Below the pieces are notes generated by a model, which worked only from the letters and a program-made list of their open reading frames with translations, had not been told where the DNA came from and made no database searches. From Planctomycetota bacterium (lineage in GTDB: Bacteria > Planctomycetota > UBA1135 > UBA2386): DNA of 64,000 nucleotides. Shown in pieces: positions 1-9,543 of the stretch. The stretch is from positions 5,472,001 through 5,536,000 of the forward strand of contig JBKAGP010000001.1 of assembly GCA_046290465.1 (NCBI GenBank), in the 5' to 3' direction. Every line of letters begins with the position of its first letter. The stretch's first letter is position 1. A program made the position numbers and the translations under genes.

Positions 1-180
1 GCGTTCGTGCTGTGCGGTGCCGTGATCGGCATCCTGTCGCAGTGGCACAGCGCGCCGTCCGACGTCGAGATGCACTGCGACGAGACGCTGCTGGCGCAGC
101 AGCTGGTCGGGCGGTTCGCGACCGGCCCGGCGCGCGACGGTGAGCCGCTGGGCGAGGGCGAGTTCGACTTCGGGCGTTAG
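1..180 (+). CDS. 3' end of a gene truncated by the window edge (hypothetical, hydrophobic stretch)
   Basis: Frame 1 is open from base 1 (AFVLCGAVIGILSQW...EFDFGR) to TAG at 178-180, with GC3-rich codons. Confidence 0.55.
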   Translation, partial: AFVLCGAVIGILSQWHSAPSDVEMHCDETLLAQQLVGRFATGPARDGEPLGEGEFDFGR

Positions 181-282
181 CGGGCGAAGCCCCGTCACGC
201 GTACACGCGGCTTCCGCGATCACGGTCGGCAGCGCGTCCACTACATGGACGCGCTCCTGGAGGGCCGGCCGAGAAGGGGCCT

Positions 283-1029
283 CTAGAAGCGGAAGCCCGC
301 CGTCAGCAGCAGGCCTTCGTAGCCGGCGTCGAAGCCGTAGACGAACTGGCCGGACTCGATGTCGCTGCGGTCCATCGACTGGTAGCGACCGATGAACGCG
401 AGGCCGAACTCGGCCGGGCCGAACGCGACCCGGGTGCCGGCCTCGACGTTGAGGAAGCCCGAGTCGGACTCGTAGTCGCGGAAGTCGCCGTCGACGTCGA
501 TCGCGGTGCCGGCGACGCCGAACCCGAACTGGCCGTAGATCGTCCAGCGAACCGCGCCGGCGCGGACCAGCGTCAGCTCCGGTTCGACTTCGAAGAACGG
601 TCCGATCGACGCGTAGGTCGTCTCCGGGTTGACCGATCCCTGGTCGTCGAGCACCAGGCCGTTGAGCAGCACGCCGACGCGGACGGGCATCTCGAAGCGG
701 TGCTGCTGGATGCGGTAGGTGAAGTGGCCGAGGAACGTGCCGCTGGTCGCCTGCGTGCCGCGGTCGAACGGATTGCCGGGGTCGCGGAACAGGCTCTCGT
801 CGTCGTCGGTCGCGAACGCCTCGTAGCGGATGCCGCCGCCGAAGCCGCGGCGCGTGGTGACCTCGAACTCGGCCTGGAACAGGCCGGCGGTGGCGTCGTC
901 GTCGAAGCCCGCGAGGTCGGACTCGAAGGTGTAGGTGCCAAAGGAGATGCCGATGCCGCCGCGGAACAGCGGGCGTTGGGCGACCAGGGGCGTGGTGAGG
1001 AGCAGCAGGGGCAGGGCGAGCCAGCGCAT
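283..1029 (-). CDS. Outer-membrane beta-barrel protein
   Basis: Signal peptide (MRWLALPLLLLTTPLVA), alternating amphipathic strands, C-terminal ...LTAGFRF ending in Phe (BAM-type signal). Confidence 0.75.
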   Translation of the reverse strand: MRWLALPLLLLTTPLVAQRPLFRGGIGISFGTYTFESDLAGFDDDATAGLFQAEFEVTTRRGFGGGIRYEAFATDDDESLFRDPGNPFDRGTQATSGTFLGHFTYRIQQHRFEMPVRVGVLLNGLVLDDQGSVNPETTYASIGPFFEVEPELTLVRAGAVRWTIYGQFGFGVAGTAIDVDGDFRDYESDSGFLNVEAGTRVAFGPAEFGLAFIGRYQSMDRSDIESGQFVYGFDAGYEGLLLTAGFRF

Positions 1030-1050
1030 GGCGGAGATGGTAGCGGGTTG

Positions 1051-1079
1051 TGGGGGCTTGGGTCGAAACCCGGCCCCCA
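1051..1079 (-). terminator. GC-rich hairpin with UUCG loop downstream of the HEAT-repeat gene
   Basis: Minus strand reads TGGGGGC-CGGGT-TTCG-ACCC-AA-GCCCCCA; no U-tract. Confidence 0.45.
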
Positions 1080-1101
1080 GCGCAGCTCCGCCGCCGGCGT
1101 T

Positions 1102-3159
1102 CTACAGAAGGTCGAGCACGCCCGAGACCTGGTTGGTCAGCGTCTCCACCGCCGCGCGGTAGTTGATGTTGGTGCTGATCTTCGAGTGCCAAGGCAGCTT
1201 TGCACGGTCGGCGACGGCGCCGAGCGCGACCGCCGCGAACGCCCGCTGCAGGTCGCCGCGGCCTTCGTCGAACAGCGCCCGCTTGAGCGGCGCGACCGAC
1301 CGACGGTCGCCGATCTGGCCGAGCGCCTCGGCGATCGCGGCCAGCGTCGCGAGGTTGCTGTCCTCTTCGTCGAGCTTCTTGTGCAGCTCCTCGGCGGCCG
1401 ACTTGTCGCCGAGCAGGCCGAGCGCGATCGCCGCCTGCACGAACAGGTTGCTGCGGCGCTCCGACACCGACATTGCCTCCTGGATGTCCTCGACGCTGCC
1501 GTCGTCCCGCATCAGCGCGACGCCGAGGCACAGGTAGCCGGCCTGCACTTCCTTCTGCAGGTCACGCTTCATGATCCGCACCATCGCCGGCGCGGCGTCC
1601 CGGTGGCGGGTCAGGCCGAGCGCGACACCGAGCGCGCCGACGAACTCCGGCTGCTTGGCCTTCTCGAGCTCTTCGAGCAGCGCGTCGCCGACGGTCTCGT
1701 CGATGTCGGCGGCCAGCTGCTGCGCCTCGGCCGCGCGGTAGCGCTCGTGCGCCTGCACGCCGAGCGCGATCGCCGCCCACGGCTGCTCGAGGTTGTTGCC
1801 CTTGCGCAGCATCCGCAGCAGGAAGTCGCGGTTCTTGGTGCCGCCGATCTGGCCGAGCGCCAGCAGCGAGAAGTTGCGGGTCTGCGCGTCCTTGTGGTTC
1901 GCGAACGTCTTCTCGAGCAGTTCGCTGTAGCCGGCGTGGCGGCTGCGCTTGTCGTCACGCGGCTCGCACAGCTGGCCGAGCGCCAGCACGCACGAACGCG
2001 CCAGGTCGTGGCTGCGGCGCTTGCGGTTCTTGCCGTCGAGCTCCTCGGCGAAGCGCTGCCGGAACTCGTCGGCGCGCGCGCTGCCCGGATCGAGCAGCCG
2101 GGTGATCGCCGTCGGGCAGTGCGACTGGATCAGCTGCTGGCCGGCGCCGAGCGGCCGTTCGTAGTAGCGCAGCAGCGCGTCGAGCGCGTCGTCGAGCATT
2201 GCCGCCTGTTCGGTGTCGCGCGGGTCGAGCGCCAGCAGGCCGATGCCGGTGATCGCCGCGACCTTGAGGTTGCGGTCGCGCAGCCGGTCGTCCTCGAGCA
2301 CCTTGCGCAGCGTCGTCAGCGCCTGCTGCTTGACCTTGTCGTCGTTGTGTTCGCTGGCGTAGAGGCCGAGGCCGTAGAGCGCGAACGACCGGGTGCGCAC
2401 GCCGAGTTCGCCGCCGCGCAGCTTGCGGCCACGTTCGTTGTCGAGCGCCAGGTCGCTGAGCGTCTCGATCGCATCGCCCTGCTTGATCGCCGCGATGCCG
2501 TAGACCAGTGCCGCGGTCTCGCGGATCTCCTGGTTGTCGCGCGACAGCCGCGGTTGGAACACGTCGGCGAGCGCGAACTCGGGGTGGTTCTGGCCGATCT
2601 TGGCCATGCCGATCAGGCAGGACGACACGATGTCGCGCTGCTCGGTAGAGTCGATCGCCTTCTTCAGCGACGGCAGGATGTCGTTCTGGATCTGGTCGCG
2701 GGTCGGTTCGAGCAGGTTGCTGTTGCTGCTCATCGTGCCGCGGCCCTTCCAGAAGCCCTCGTAGCCGGTCGAGGTGTTGGAGCGGTGCACGGCATCGCGC
2801 AGGCCGATGAAGTCGTGCTTGTTGAACTCCCACCAGTAGCTCCAGCCGGTGAGGTCGGCGTCGAGCCGGATGCCGCCGCCGGTGCGACCGGCCGGGCTGC
2901 CGCCACGCGGGCCGCTGGGGCCGGTGCTGCCGCCGGTGCCGGGGCCGGACGGGATCGGCGCCGACGGGCCGCGCGGGCCGCCGGTTCGCGGCGCGCCGGT
3001 CGGGCCGCTCGGTCGGCCGGTCCGGCCGCCGCTGCCGCCGCCACCGGGCGGGACGACGTCCTCGGGGCCGCGGTACTGGCCGCCGTGGGCCTCGGCTTCG
3101 TTGCTCAACAGCGCGCAGACGACGACGCCGAGCGCGCACGAGAGGATGCGAGATTGCAT
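1102..3159 (-). CDS. Secreted HEAT/ARM-repeat protein with Gly/Pro-rich N-terminal region
   Basis: AGGAG SD before ATG 3159 (MQSRIL...), signal peptide ending AEA, many repeats of the type A-A-x-A-L-G-x-I-G (ALGQIG, ALGLLG). Confidence 0.8.
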   Translation of the reverse strand: MQSRILSCALGVVVCALLSNEAEAHGGQYRGPEDVVPPGGGGSGGRTGRPSGPTGAPRTGGPRGPSAPIPSGPGTGGSTGPSGPRGGSPAGRTGGGIRLDADLTGWSYWWEFNKHDFIGLRDAVHRSNTSTGYEGFWKGRGTMSSNSNLLEPTRDQIQNDILPSLKKAIDSTEQRDIVSSCLIGMAKIGQNHPEFALADVFQPRLSRDNQEIRETAALVYGIAAIKQGDAIETLSDLALDNERGRKLRGGELGVRTRSFALYGLGLYASEHNDDKVKQQALTTLRKVLEDDRLRDRNLKVAAITGIGLLALDPRDTEQAAMLDDALDALLRYYERPLGAGQQLIQSHCPTAITRLLDPGSARADEFRQRFAEELDGKNRKRRSHDLARSCVLALGQLCEPRDDKRSRHAGYSELLEKTFANHKDAQTRNFSLLALGQIGGTKNRDFLLRMLRKGNNLEQPWAAIALGVQAHERYRAAEAQQLAADIDETVGDALLEELEKAKQPEFVGALGVALGLTRHRDAAPAMVRIMKRDLQKEVQAGYLCLGVALMRDDGSVEDIQEAMSVSERRSNLFVQAAIALGLLGDKSAAEELHKKLDEEDSNLATLAAIAEALGQIGDRRSVAPLKRALFDEGRGDLQRAFAAVALGAVADRAKLPWHSKISTNINYRAAVETLTNQVSGVLDLL

Positions 3160-3211
3160 AGGGGTCTCCTTGGGTTCGCGCACGCGGCGACAGCGTGCAT
3201 GCACCCTCTTG

Positions 3212-3226
3212 GCAATGGCCGTGCCA
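3212..3226 (-). promoter_or_regulatory. Sigma54 (-24/-12) promoter upstream of the HEAT-repeat gene
   Basis: Minus strand TGGCAC-GGCCA-TTGC, an exact match to the TGGCAC-N5-TTGC consensus, 52 bp upstream of the ATG. Confidence 0.65.
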
Positions 3227-3248
3227 GCGGCGAAGGTGTGCGCGATCC

Positions 3249-4178
3249 GTGACGAAACCCGAGCGATCGCTACCCCGACGAAACGACAAGCGGCGCCGAC
3301 GGCTCCGCAGGTGGGGGATCGCCCTGGTCTCGTTGCTGATGGCCTGGTGGCTCGTCGGTGCCGCCGGCTACTTCGCGGCGACCAGGCCCAACCCGCGGCC
3401 GATCCAGCCGCTGCAGCAGCTCGCCGGCCATGCGGTCGCCGTCCATTCGGTGCAGGCCGTCGACGGTGTCACGAGCCGGGCCTGGTGGATCCCGGCTGGC
3501 GACGCGCGCCGCGCCGTGGTGCTCTGCGCCGGCATCCGCGGCGATCGCCAACGCATGCTCGGCCGCGCCCGGTTCTATCTCGAGCGCGGCTGGTCGACGC
3601 TGCTGGTCGACCTGCGCGGCACCGGCGAGAGCGAACGCGTGCGCATCTCGATGGGCTGGCACGAGGCGCTCGACCTGCTCGCGTGGCGGCAGTGGCTGCT
3701 GCAGCGGGGGGTCGAGCAGGTCGGCGTGCACGGCCAGAGCCTCGGCGCGGCGGCGGCGGCGTTCACGGCGTTGCGCGATCGCGACGCGGCGCGCTGGCAC
3801 TTCCTGGTGCTCGAGGCCTGCTACACCAACCTCGCCGAGGCGGCCGCTGCGCGCGCCCGCGGCGTGCCGCAGGCCTGCTACTGGCCGATGCTCTGGCTGG
3901 CGGAGTGGCTGCTCGACCTCGACGTCGAGGCGATGGACGCCGTGGCGGCCCTGCGGCAGCAGCCTGCGCCGACGCTGCTGCTCTGCGGCGATCGCGACCG
4001 CAAGGTCGGGCGCGATGGGCTGCGTCGCCTGTTCGAAGCGTCGGCGGCCGCCGACAAGGTCCGGTACGAGGTGCCGGGTATCGCGCACCGGGATCTGTGG
4101 CGCGGGGGTGGCGAGGCCGTCCGCGTCGTCGTCGACCGGTTCCTGGCTCGTCGCCGGGCGGCTATCGAACCTCGATGA
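3249..4178 (+). CDS. Alpha/beta hydrolase with N-terminal membrane anchor
   Basis: DLRGTGES motif, G-Q-S-L-G nucleophile elbow, GDRD and late His; GTG 3249 chosen as start (uncertain). Confidence 0.8.
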   Translation: MTKPERSLPRRNDKRRRRLRRWGIALVSLLMAWWLVGAAGYFAATRPNPRPIQPLQQLAGHAVAVHSVQAVDGVTSRAWWIPAGDARRAVVLCAGIRGDRQRMLGRARFYLERGWSTLLVDLRGTGESERVRISMGWHEALDLLAWRQWLLQRGVEQVGVHGQSLGAAAAAFTALRDRDAARWHFLVLEACYTNLAEAAAARARGVPQACYWPMLWLAEWLLDLDVEAMDAVAALRQQPAPTLLLCGDRDRKVGRDGLRRLFEASAAADKVRYEVPGIAHRDLWRGGGEAVRVVVDRFLARRRAAIEPR

Positions 4179-4413
4179 TCTCGATGATCACCGGCTTGCT
4201 CACCGACGCCTCCTTGCCGGGGCTCACGATGCCACTGATCGCCATCGCCGGTTCGTTCGCGCTCAGGGTGACGGACTCCGGCGATCCCTGTCCTTCGAAC
4301 TTCAGGGTGATCGAACCGCTCACGTCGTTGGGCCGCCGGACCAACACGGTCAGTCGAACGTCGTTGTTGGTCGCGTTGGTGTAGAAGTCGCCCCTGGTCA
4401 CCATCTTCGTCAT
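4162..4413 (-). CDS. Small hypothetical protein (83 aa, beta-rich)
   Basis: Protein-like composition and host-type codon use; 3' end overlaps the convergent hydrolase by 17 bp. Confidence 0.6.
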   Translation of the reverse strand: MTKMVTRGDFYTNATNNDVRLTVLVRRPNDVSGSITLKFEGQGSPESVTLSANEPAMAISGIVSPGKEASVSKPVIIEIIEVR

Positions 4414-4464
4414 GCAGCGGACGAGAGCGACTCGGCACCAGATGTGCCAGCCAATTTTCGTCGC

Positions 4465-5799
4465 CTAGGCCTGCACGTACTTGCCCGCGATCGGCAGCAC
4501 GTCCGCCATCGCGTTGCGCGAGTCGACCACCAGTCGCGCGTGCTGGCCGATCAACCGCCAGTCGACCGCCTTGTGGTTGGTCACGATCAGCACGCAGTCG
4601 GCGCGCTGCAGCGCCTCGGCGTCGAGCGGCGTCGAGTGCATGCGGTACTCCATGTACTTGCGCATCCCGGCGAACAGCGGCACGTGCGGATCGTGGTACG
4701 ACACGTCGGCACCGTGCTCGAACAGCAGCTTGATGATCTCCGCGGCCGGCGTCTCGCGCACGTCGTCGACGTCCGGCTTGTAGGCGAGGCCGACGACCAG
4801 CACCTTGCTGCCGCGCAGCGGCTTGCCGAGGTCGTTGAGGCCCTCCATCGTGCGGCGCACCACGTACATCGGCATCGAGTTGTTGACCTCGCCGGCCAGT
4901 TCGATGAACCGCGTGTGGTGGCCGAACTCCTTGGCCTTCCAGGTCAGGTAGAACGGGTCGATCGGGATGCAGTGGCCGCCGAGGCCCGGCCCGGGGTAGA
5001 AGGCCTGGAAGCCGAACGGCTTGGTCTTGGCGGCTTCGACGACCTTCCAGATGTCGATGCCCATGTCGGTCAGCACCGGCTTGAGCTCGTTGACCAGCGC
5101 GATGTTGACGCAGCGGTAGATGTTCTCGAGCAGCTTGGCCGCCTCGGCGACCTCGGCGGTCTCGACCGGCACGACCTGCGCGATCGCCGCGCTGTAGCAG
5201 AGCGTCGCCAGCTTGCCGCTGGTCTCGTCGATGCCGCCGACCAGCTTCGGGATCGTCTGGGTCGAGTGGTCCTGTCGGCCCGGGTCCTCACGCTCGGGGC
5301 TGTAGGCGAGGAAGAAGTCTTCGCCGGCCTTCAGCCCGGTCCGCTCCAGGATCGGCATCATGTCGCCGCGGGTCGTGCCGGGGTAGGTCGTCGACTCGAG
5401 CGTGACCAGCTGGCCCTTGCGCAGCACCTTGGCGACCATCTCGGACGACTGCACGATGTAGCTCATGTCCGGCTCGCCGTGGCCGCCGAGCGGCGTCGGC
5501 ACGCACAGGATGATCACGTCGGCGTTGCCGAGGTTTTGCGCGTCGGCCGTCGCGACGAACGTGTCCGAACGGGCGAGATCGGCGACGAAGTCCTCGCCGA
5601 GGTGCTTGAGGTACGACTCGCCCTTGTTGAGCAGGTCGATCTTCTGCTGGTCGACGTCGAAGCCGATCACCGGGAAACCGGCCCGGAAGAACGCGCGGAG
5701 GAGGGGGAGCCCGACGTAGCCCAGGCCGACGACACCGATGGTGGCGGTGCGGGACTGGAGCTTCTGTTCGAGCTGTGCAGCGGGTGAGGTCGCGGCCAT
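4465..5799 (-). CDS. Nucleotide-sugar dehydrogenase (UDP-GlcNAc/UDP-ManNAc dehydrogenase, WbpA/WecC type)
   Basis: GLGYVG Rossmann motif, ESTTYPGTT, SPER, KLLEN, GPGLGGHCIPIDP catalytic Cys, GLAYKPDVDDVRETP. Confidence 0.93.
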   Translation of the reverse strand: MAATSPAAQLEQKLQSRTATIGVVGLGYVGLPLLRAFFRAGFPVIGFDVDQQKIDLLNKGESYLKHLGEDFVADLARSDTFVATADAQNLGNADVIILCVPTPLGGHGEPDMSYIVQSSEMVAKVLRKGQLVTLESTTYPGTTRGDMMPILERTGLKAGEDFFLAYSPEREDPGRQDHSTQTIPKLVGGIDETSGKLATLCYSAAIAQVVPVETAEVAEAAKLLENIYRCVNIALVNELKPVLTDMGIDIWKVVEAAKTKPFGFQAFYPGPGLGGHCIPIDPFYLTWKAKEFGHHTRFIELAGEVNNSMPMYVVRRTMEGLNDLGKPLRGSKVLVVGLAYKPDVDDVRETPAAEIIKLLFEHGADVSYHDPHVPLFAGMRKYMEYRMHSTPLDAEALQRADCVLIVTNHKAVDWRLIGQHARLVVDSRNAMADVLPIAGKYVQA

Positions 5800-5941
5800 G
5801 GATTCGCGCATAGGAGTATCGCGTCATCGGCAATCGGGCCAGCGCGGCCTGACTCGGCGCACAGCTTTGACGGGGGGCTCACGGGCTGCGACGATGGTCG
5901 CCGTGGGCAACCGAGACGGCAGGCAGGCACGGCGCCTTGGC

Positions 5942-7039
5942 ATGGTGCGTCCCGCGCTGGCGATGCTGGCCTGCCTGGTCCTGTTGCCGTCGTGCGTCAC
6001 GACGATGCTCTGGCAGGATGACGGCGGGCCGGGACGTCGGCGGCAGCCGCGGACCTAGCCCGAGCTGCTCGGGGAGGACGCGCAGTCGGTTGCGGGCGAC
6101 CTCGCGTTCGGAGGGGACGGCCGCGCCGGTGAGGCCTGGATGTGCGACCAGCAGGGGCGCGCCAACTGGTCGGTGCTCGCGCCGCACGGCGGCGACGCCG
6201 CCGCGGTCGTGCTCGCGGGCCGCTGCGGTGCGGTCGAGCACGTCACGGTCCTCGGCAGTCGCAGCTTCGTCGACGCGGACCTGACCATGAGCACGGCCGA
6301 GGTGCGGGTCGAGACCCGCTTCGAACCCGAGCGCATCGGGCGCGCGGTCACGTGGCGCGAGGTCGGCGATGCTGCCGCCGACGTGTTGTCGGTCGAACGG
6401 CGCAACGCGTTCGCGTTCGCGGCCGATCCCTGGCTGCGCTTCCCGCGGGTCTATCGCGAGTGCGTGCAGCGGCTCGACACCGTCGACCTCGGTCGGCTGG
6501 TCGGCGGGTCGGGCGGCCAGAGCTGCGACGTGCTGGCGTTCGTGCTGGTCGACGACGAGGGGCTGCCGTGTTTCGAGCCGGGTTCGACGCGGCGCGCCGC
6601 GCCGCCGCTGGCCGACCGGCAGGTGACGTTCGACGAACGGCTCGAGCTGCTCGGTCAGGTGCAGCTGCTGGTGCGCGCGCGCATCGGCGGTGAAGAACGG
6701 CTGCTGCAGCTCGACCCCGAGCAGCTGTGGCTGTGGTCCAGCGCCGAGAGGTCCGGGCGTCGGCTGGTGCACACCGGGCGCTGGACGCTGTTCCCCGCGG
6801 ATCCCGACGAGCCGCCGGGCGACGGTTCGCGGCGGGTCGCCTACGTCGCCGACATCCGTACCCGGCGCTTCGAACTGGTCGAGACCGTGCCGCCGATCGA
6901 CGCCGGATCCGACTTCTGGAACAAGCTCGCGTGGACCCCGGTGACGCTCGCGATCGACATCCTGACGCTGCCGATCCAGGCGTTCGTCCTCGGCGGCGAC
7001 GACGAGGACGACCGGCCGGCGCGGCGACCCCGCCGCTGA
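5942..7039 (+). pseudogene. Putative lipoprotein gene interrupted by an in-frame TAG at 6056-6058
   Basis: ATG 5942 encodes a lipoprotein-type signal (..LVLLPS-C); the same frame continues past the TAG into the 6140..7039 ORF. Confidence 0.6.
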
Positions 7040-7045
7040 GGGACG

Positions 7046-7489
7046 ATGATGCTCGCCGACGACCAGGCCGCGACGTGGTGGGACCAGCTCTGGTCCTGGT
7101 GTGACGAGCACGCCGCGCTGATGACGTGGCTGTTCGTCGGTTCGCTCGCGTCGCTGGTGCTCGTGATCGCGCTGCTGCCGGTGGTCGTGGTGCGGCTGCC
7201 GGCCGATCATTTCGACCCGGCGCGTCCGTCGGCGCCGCCGCCGCGAACGCTGCTGGGCTGGATCGGCCGCGTGCTGCGCAACGTGCTCGGTTGGCTGTTC
7301 GTCGTGGTCGGCGCGATCCTGCTGCTGCTGCCCGGGCAGGGGCTGCTGACGATGCTGATCGGATTGATGATGGTGGACTTTCCCGGCAAGCGCGGCCTCG
7401 AGCGCCGCATCCTGACGCGGCCGACGATCCTGCGGGTCGTCAACCGCATGCGCGAGCGCCGCGGCCACCCGCCGCTGATCGTCGACTGA
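7046..7489 (+). CDS. PGPGW-like small transmembrane protein
   Basis: Hydrophobic helices and LLPGQGLLTMLIGL...DFPGKR motif. Confidence 0.75.
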   Translation: MMLADDQAATWWDQLWSWCDEHAALMTWLFVGSLASLVLVIALLPVVVVRLPADHFDPARPSAPPPRTLLGWIGRVLRNVLGWLFVVVGAILLLLPGQGLLTMLIGLMMVDFPGKRGLERRILTRPTILRVVNRMRERRGHPPLIVD

Positions 7490-7491
7490 CC

Positions 7492-8382
7492 GTGCACGTC
7501 TTCTACTCGGATCCGTTCACGTTCCCGCTGCCGCCGGAGCATCGCTTTCCGTCGCAGAAGTACCGGCTGCTGCGCGAACGGGTCGAGCGCTGGCCGGCAT
7601 CGACCGGGGTCGAACTGCGGCTCGCGCCGCGCGCGACCGACGACGAGCTGCGGCTGGTGCACACGGTCGACTACCTCGACGGCTTCGCTGCCGGCACGCT
7701 CGGTGACGAAGCGCAGAAGCGGATCGGCTTTCCGTGGAGTCCGGAGCTGGTCGAGCGTTCGCGGCGCAGCTGCGGCGGCACGGTCGCGGCGGCCCGGCGC
7801 GCGATCGTCGACGGACGCGCGGCCTACCTGGCCGGCGGCACGCACCACGCGCGCGCCGACCGCGGGGCCGGCTACTGCGTCTACAACGACTGTGCGGTGG
7901 CGGCGCGGGTGCTGCAGCGCGAGGCGGGCATCGCGCGCGTGCTGGTCGTCGACACGGACGTGCACCAGGGGGACGGCACCGCGGCGATCTTCGCGGGCGA
8001 CGAGCGGGTGTTCACGTTCTCGATGCACGGCGACCAGAACTTCCCCGCGCAGAAGGCGGTCAGCGATCTGGACATCGCGATGCCGACTGGCACCGGCGAC
8101 GAGGCGTTCCTGGCGCAGCTGCGCGACGGTCTGGCCGAGGCGCTGCGGCGGGCGCGGCCGCAGTTCGTGTTGTTCCTGAGCGGCGCGGATCCGTTCGTGG
8201 GGGATCGGCTGGGGCGGCTGGCGCTGAGCAAGGCGGGGCTGCGCGCCCGCGACGAACACGTGCTCGGCGAGCTCCGGCGGCGGTCGCTGCCGCACGTCAC
8301 GGTGATGGGCGGCGGCTACGGCAAGGACATCGCGGACACCGTCGACGTCTACGAGGCGACCGTGCGTGCGACGTTGGGTTGA
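7492..8382 (+). CDS. Histone deacetylase family (class IV-like) Zn-dependent deacetylase
   Basis: HRFP, GGTHHA, GYCVYND, DTDVHQGDGT, GAD..GDRLG and GGGY motifs; GTG start 2 nt after the upstream stop. Confidence 0.92.
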   Translation: MHVFYSDPFTFPLPPEHRFPSQKYRLLRERVERWPASTGVELRLAPRATDDELRLVHTVDYLDGFAAGTLGDEAQKRIGFPWSPELVERSRRSCGGTVAAARRAIVDGRAAYLAGGTHHARADRGAGYCVYNDCAVAARVLQREAGIARVLVVDTDVHQGDGTAAIFAGDERVFTFSMHGDQNFPAQKAVSDLDIAMPTGTGDEAFLAQLRDGLAEALRRARPQFVLFLSGADPFVGDRLGRLALSKAGLRARDEHVLGELRRRSLPHVTVMGGGYGKDIADTVDVYEATVRATLG

Positions 8383-8430
8383 GCTTCGCAACTGCTTGCC
8401 TCGGGGCCCGGCCGGCGGTGTGATTTCCAC

Positions 8431-9464
8431 GTGTTCGGCAACCTGCGATGGTCGCGGTGCGGCGCCGACGCCGAAGCGCGTCGGCTTTACAAGGCGCAGC
8501 TGTGCGCATCGTGCCACGCGATGCACGGCTTGAGTGGCCGGGCGTCGTCGCTGCTCGCCAACTACGACCAGTCGCTGCTGGTGCTGGTGCTGTCGGCGCT
8601 GGCCGGCGGCGAGCCCGAGCCGCGCCGCTGCACCGCGGTGCCGTGGCGGACCGTCGCCGTGCAGCAGCTGCCCGCGGCGCTGCAGACGTTCGTGGCTGCC
8701 GGCAACCTGGCGCTGATCGACGCCAAGCTGCGCGACGACGTCGACGACGGCGGCCGCTGGTATGCGCGGCCGCTGCGCTGGCTGCTCGGACGCAAGGTCC
8801 AGAAGGCGCTGCAGGCGCTGCGCGAACTCGGCTTCGACGTCGCGCGCGTGACCGGGCTGCCGGCGCGGCAGGCGCAGGCGGAGCGCGGCAACGGGCACGA
8901 CCTTGGGGGGTTCGCCGAGCCGTCGGCGGATCTGCTCGGCGAGATCTTCGCCCACGGGGCGCGGCTCGGCGGCGCTGCCGAACGCGAGCCCGACGTGCGT
9001 CGGTTCGGGGCCGCGGTCGCCCGCGCGGTCTACGGTCTCGACGCGCTCGAGGACCACGACGAGGATCGGCGCCGCGGTCGCTTCAACGCGATCGCCCGGA
9101 CCGCGGCCCGGCTCGGCCACGGGGCCGCCGTGCAGGCCGCTGCCGCCTCCGTGCAGGGAGCGGCGATCGAGGCACAGCAGCTCGCGACGCGGCTGTTGCC
9201 CGAGGACCGCCAGCGCATGGTCGGCGAGATCCTGCAGCAGCTGGTGCGCCGTTCGGACACCTGCCGCGATCGCCTGCTCGGCCGCCCCGAGGTCGCCGCC
9301 GCGCGCCCGTCGGAGGCCGGCGACTGCGACTGCGCCTGCGAGGGCTGCGGCGGCGGCGAAGGCTGCTGCGCCGGCGAGGGCTGCTGCTTCGCCTGCGAAT
9401 GCTGCGACGTCTGCTTCTGCTGGAGCGAAGAACGCCGCCAACGCCGCCGCGACCGCCGAAGTAG
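8431..9464 (+). CDS. DUF5685-like protein with Cys-rich C-terminal tail; 3' end uncertain (annotated frame runs on to 10065)
   Basis: MFG...YKAQLCASCH...NYD and DAKLRDDVDD, DALEDHDEDR motifs, then a 13-Cys tail; the nearest plausible TAG (9462-9464) is in another frame. Confidence 0.65.
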
Positions 9465-9543
9465 CCGTACGAGTCGCTGGCTCATCCTGCAGCTGCTGCG
9501 CGCTCGCGGAAGTTGGAGGATGAACCAGGTACCGTACGGCTAC
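9461..9543. repeat. REP/REPIN-like palindromic element, copy 1
   Basis: GTAGCCGTAC...GTACGGCTAC termini; reverse complement of 9515-9543 matches 40319-40347 at 28/29 nt; lies between convergent genes. Confidence 0.8.

Noticed and set aside
6056..6058. Genome-wide TAG reassignment or pyrrolysine
   Set aside because: Many well-defined genes here end at TAG at the expected family C-terminus (top6B, DUF1549/1553, S8-1, MCP), and no pyl genes are visible
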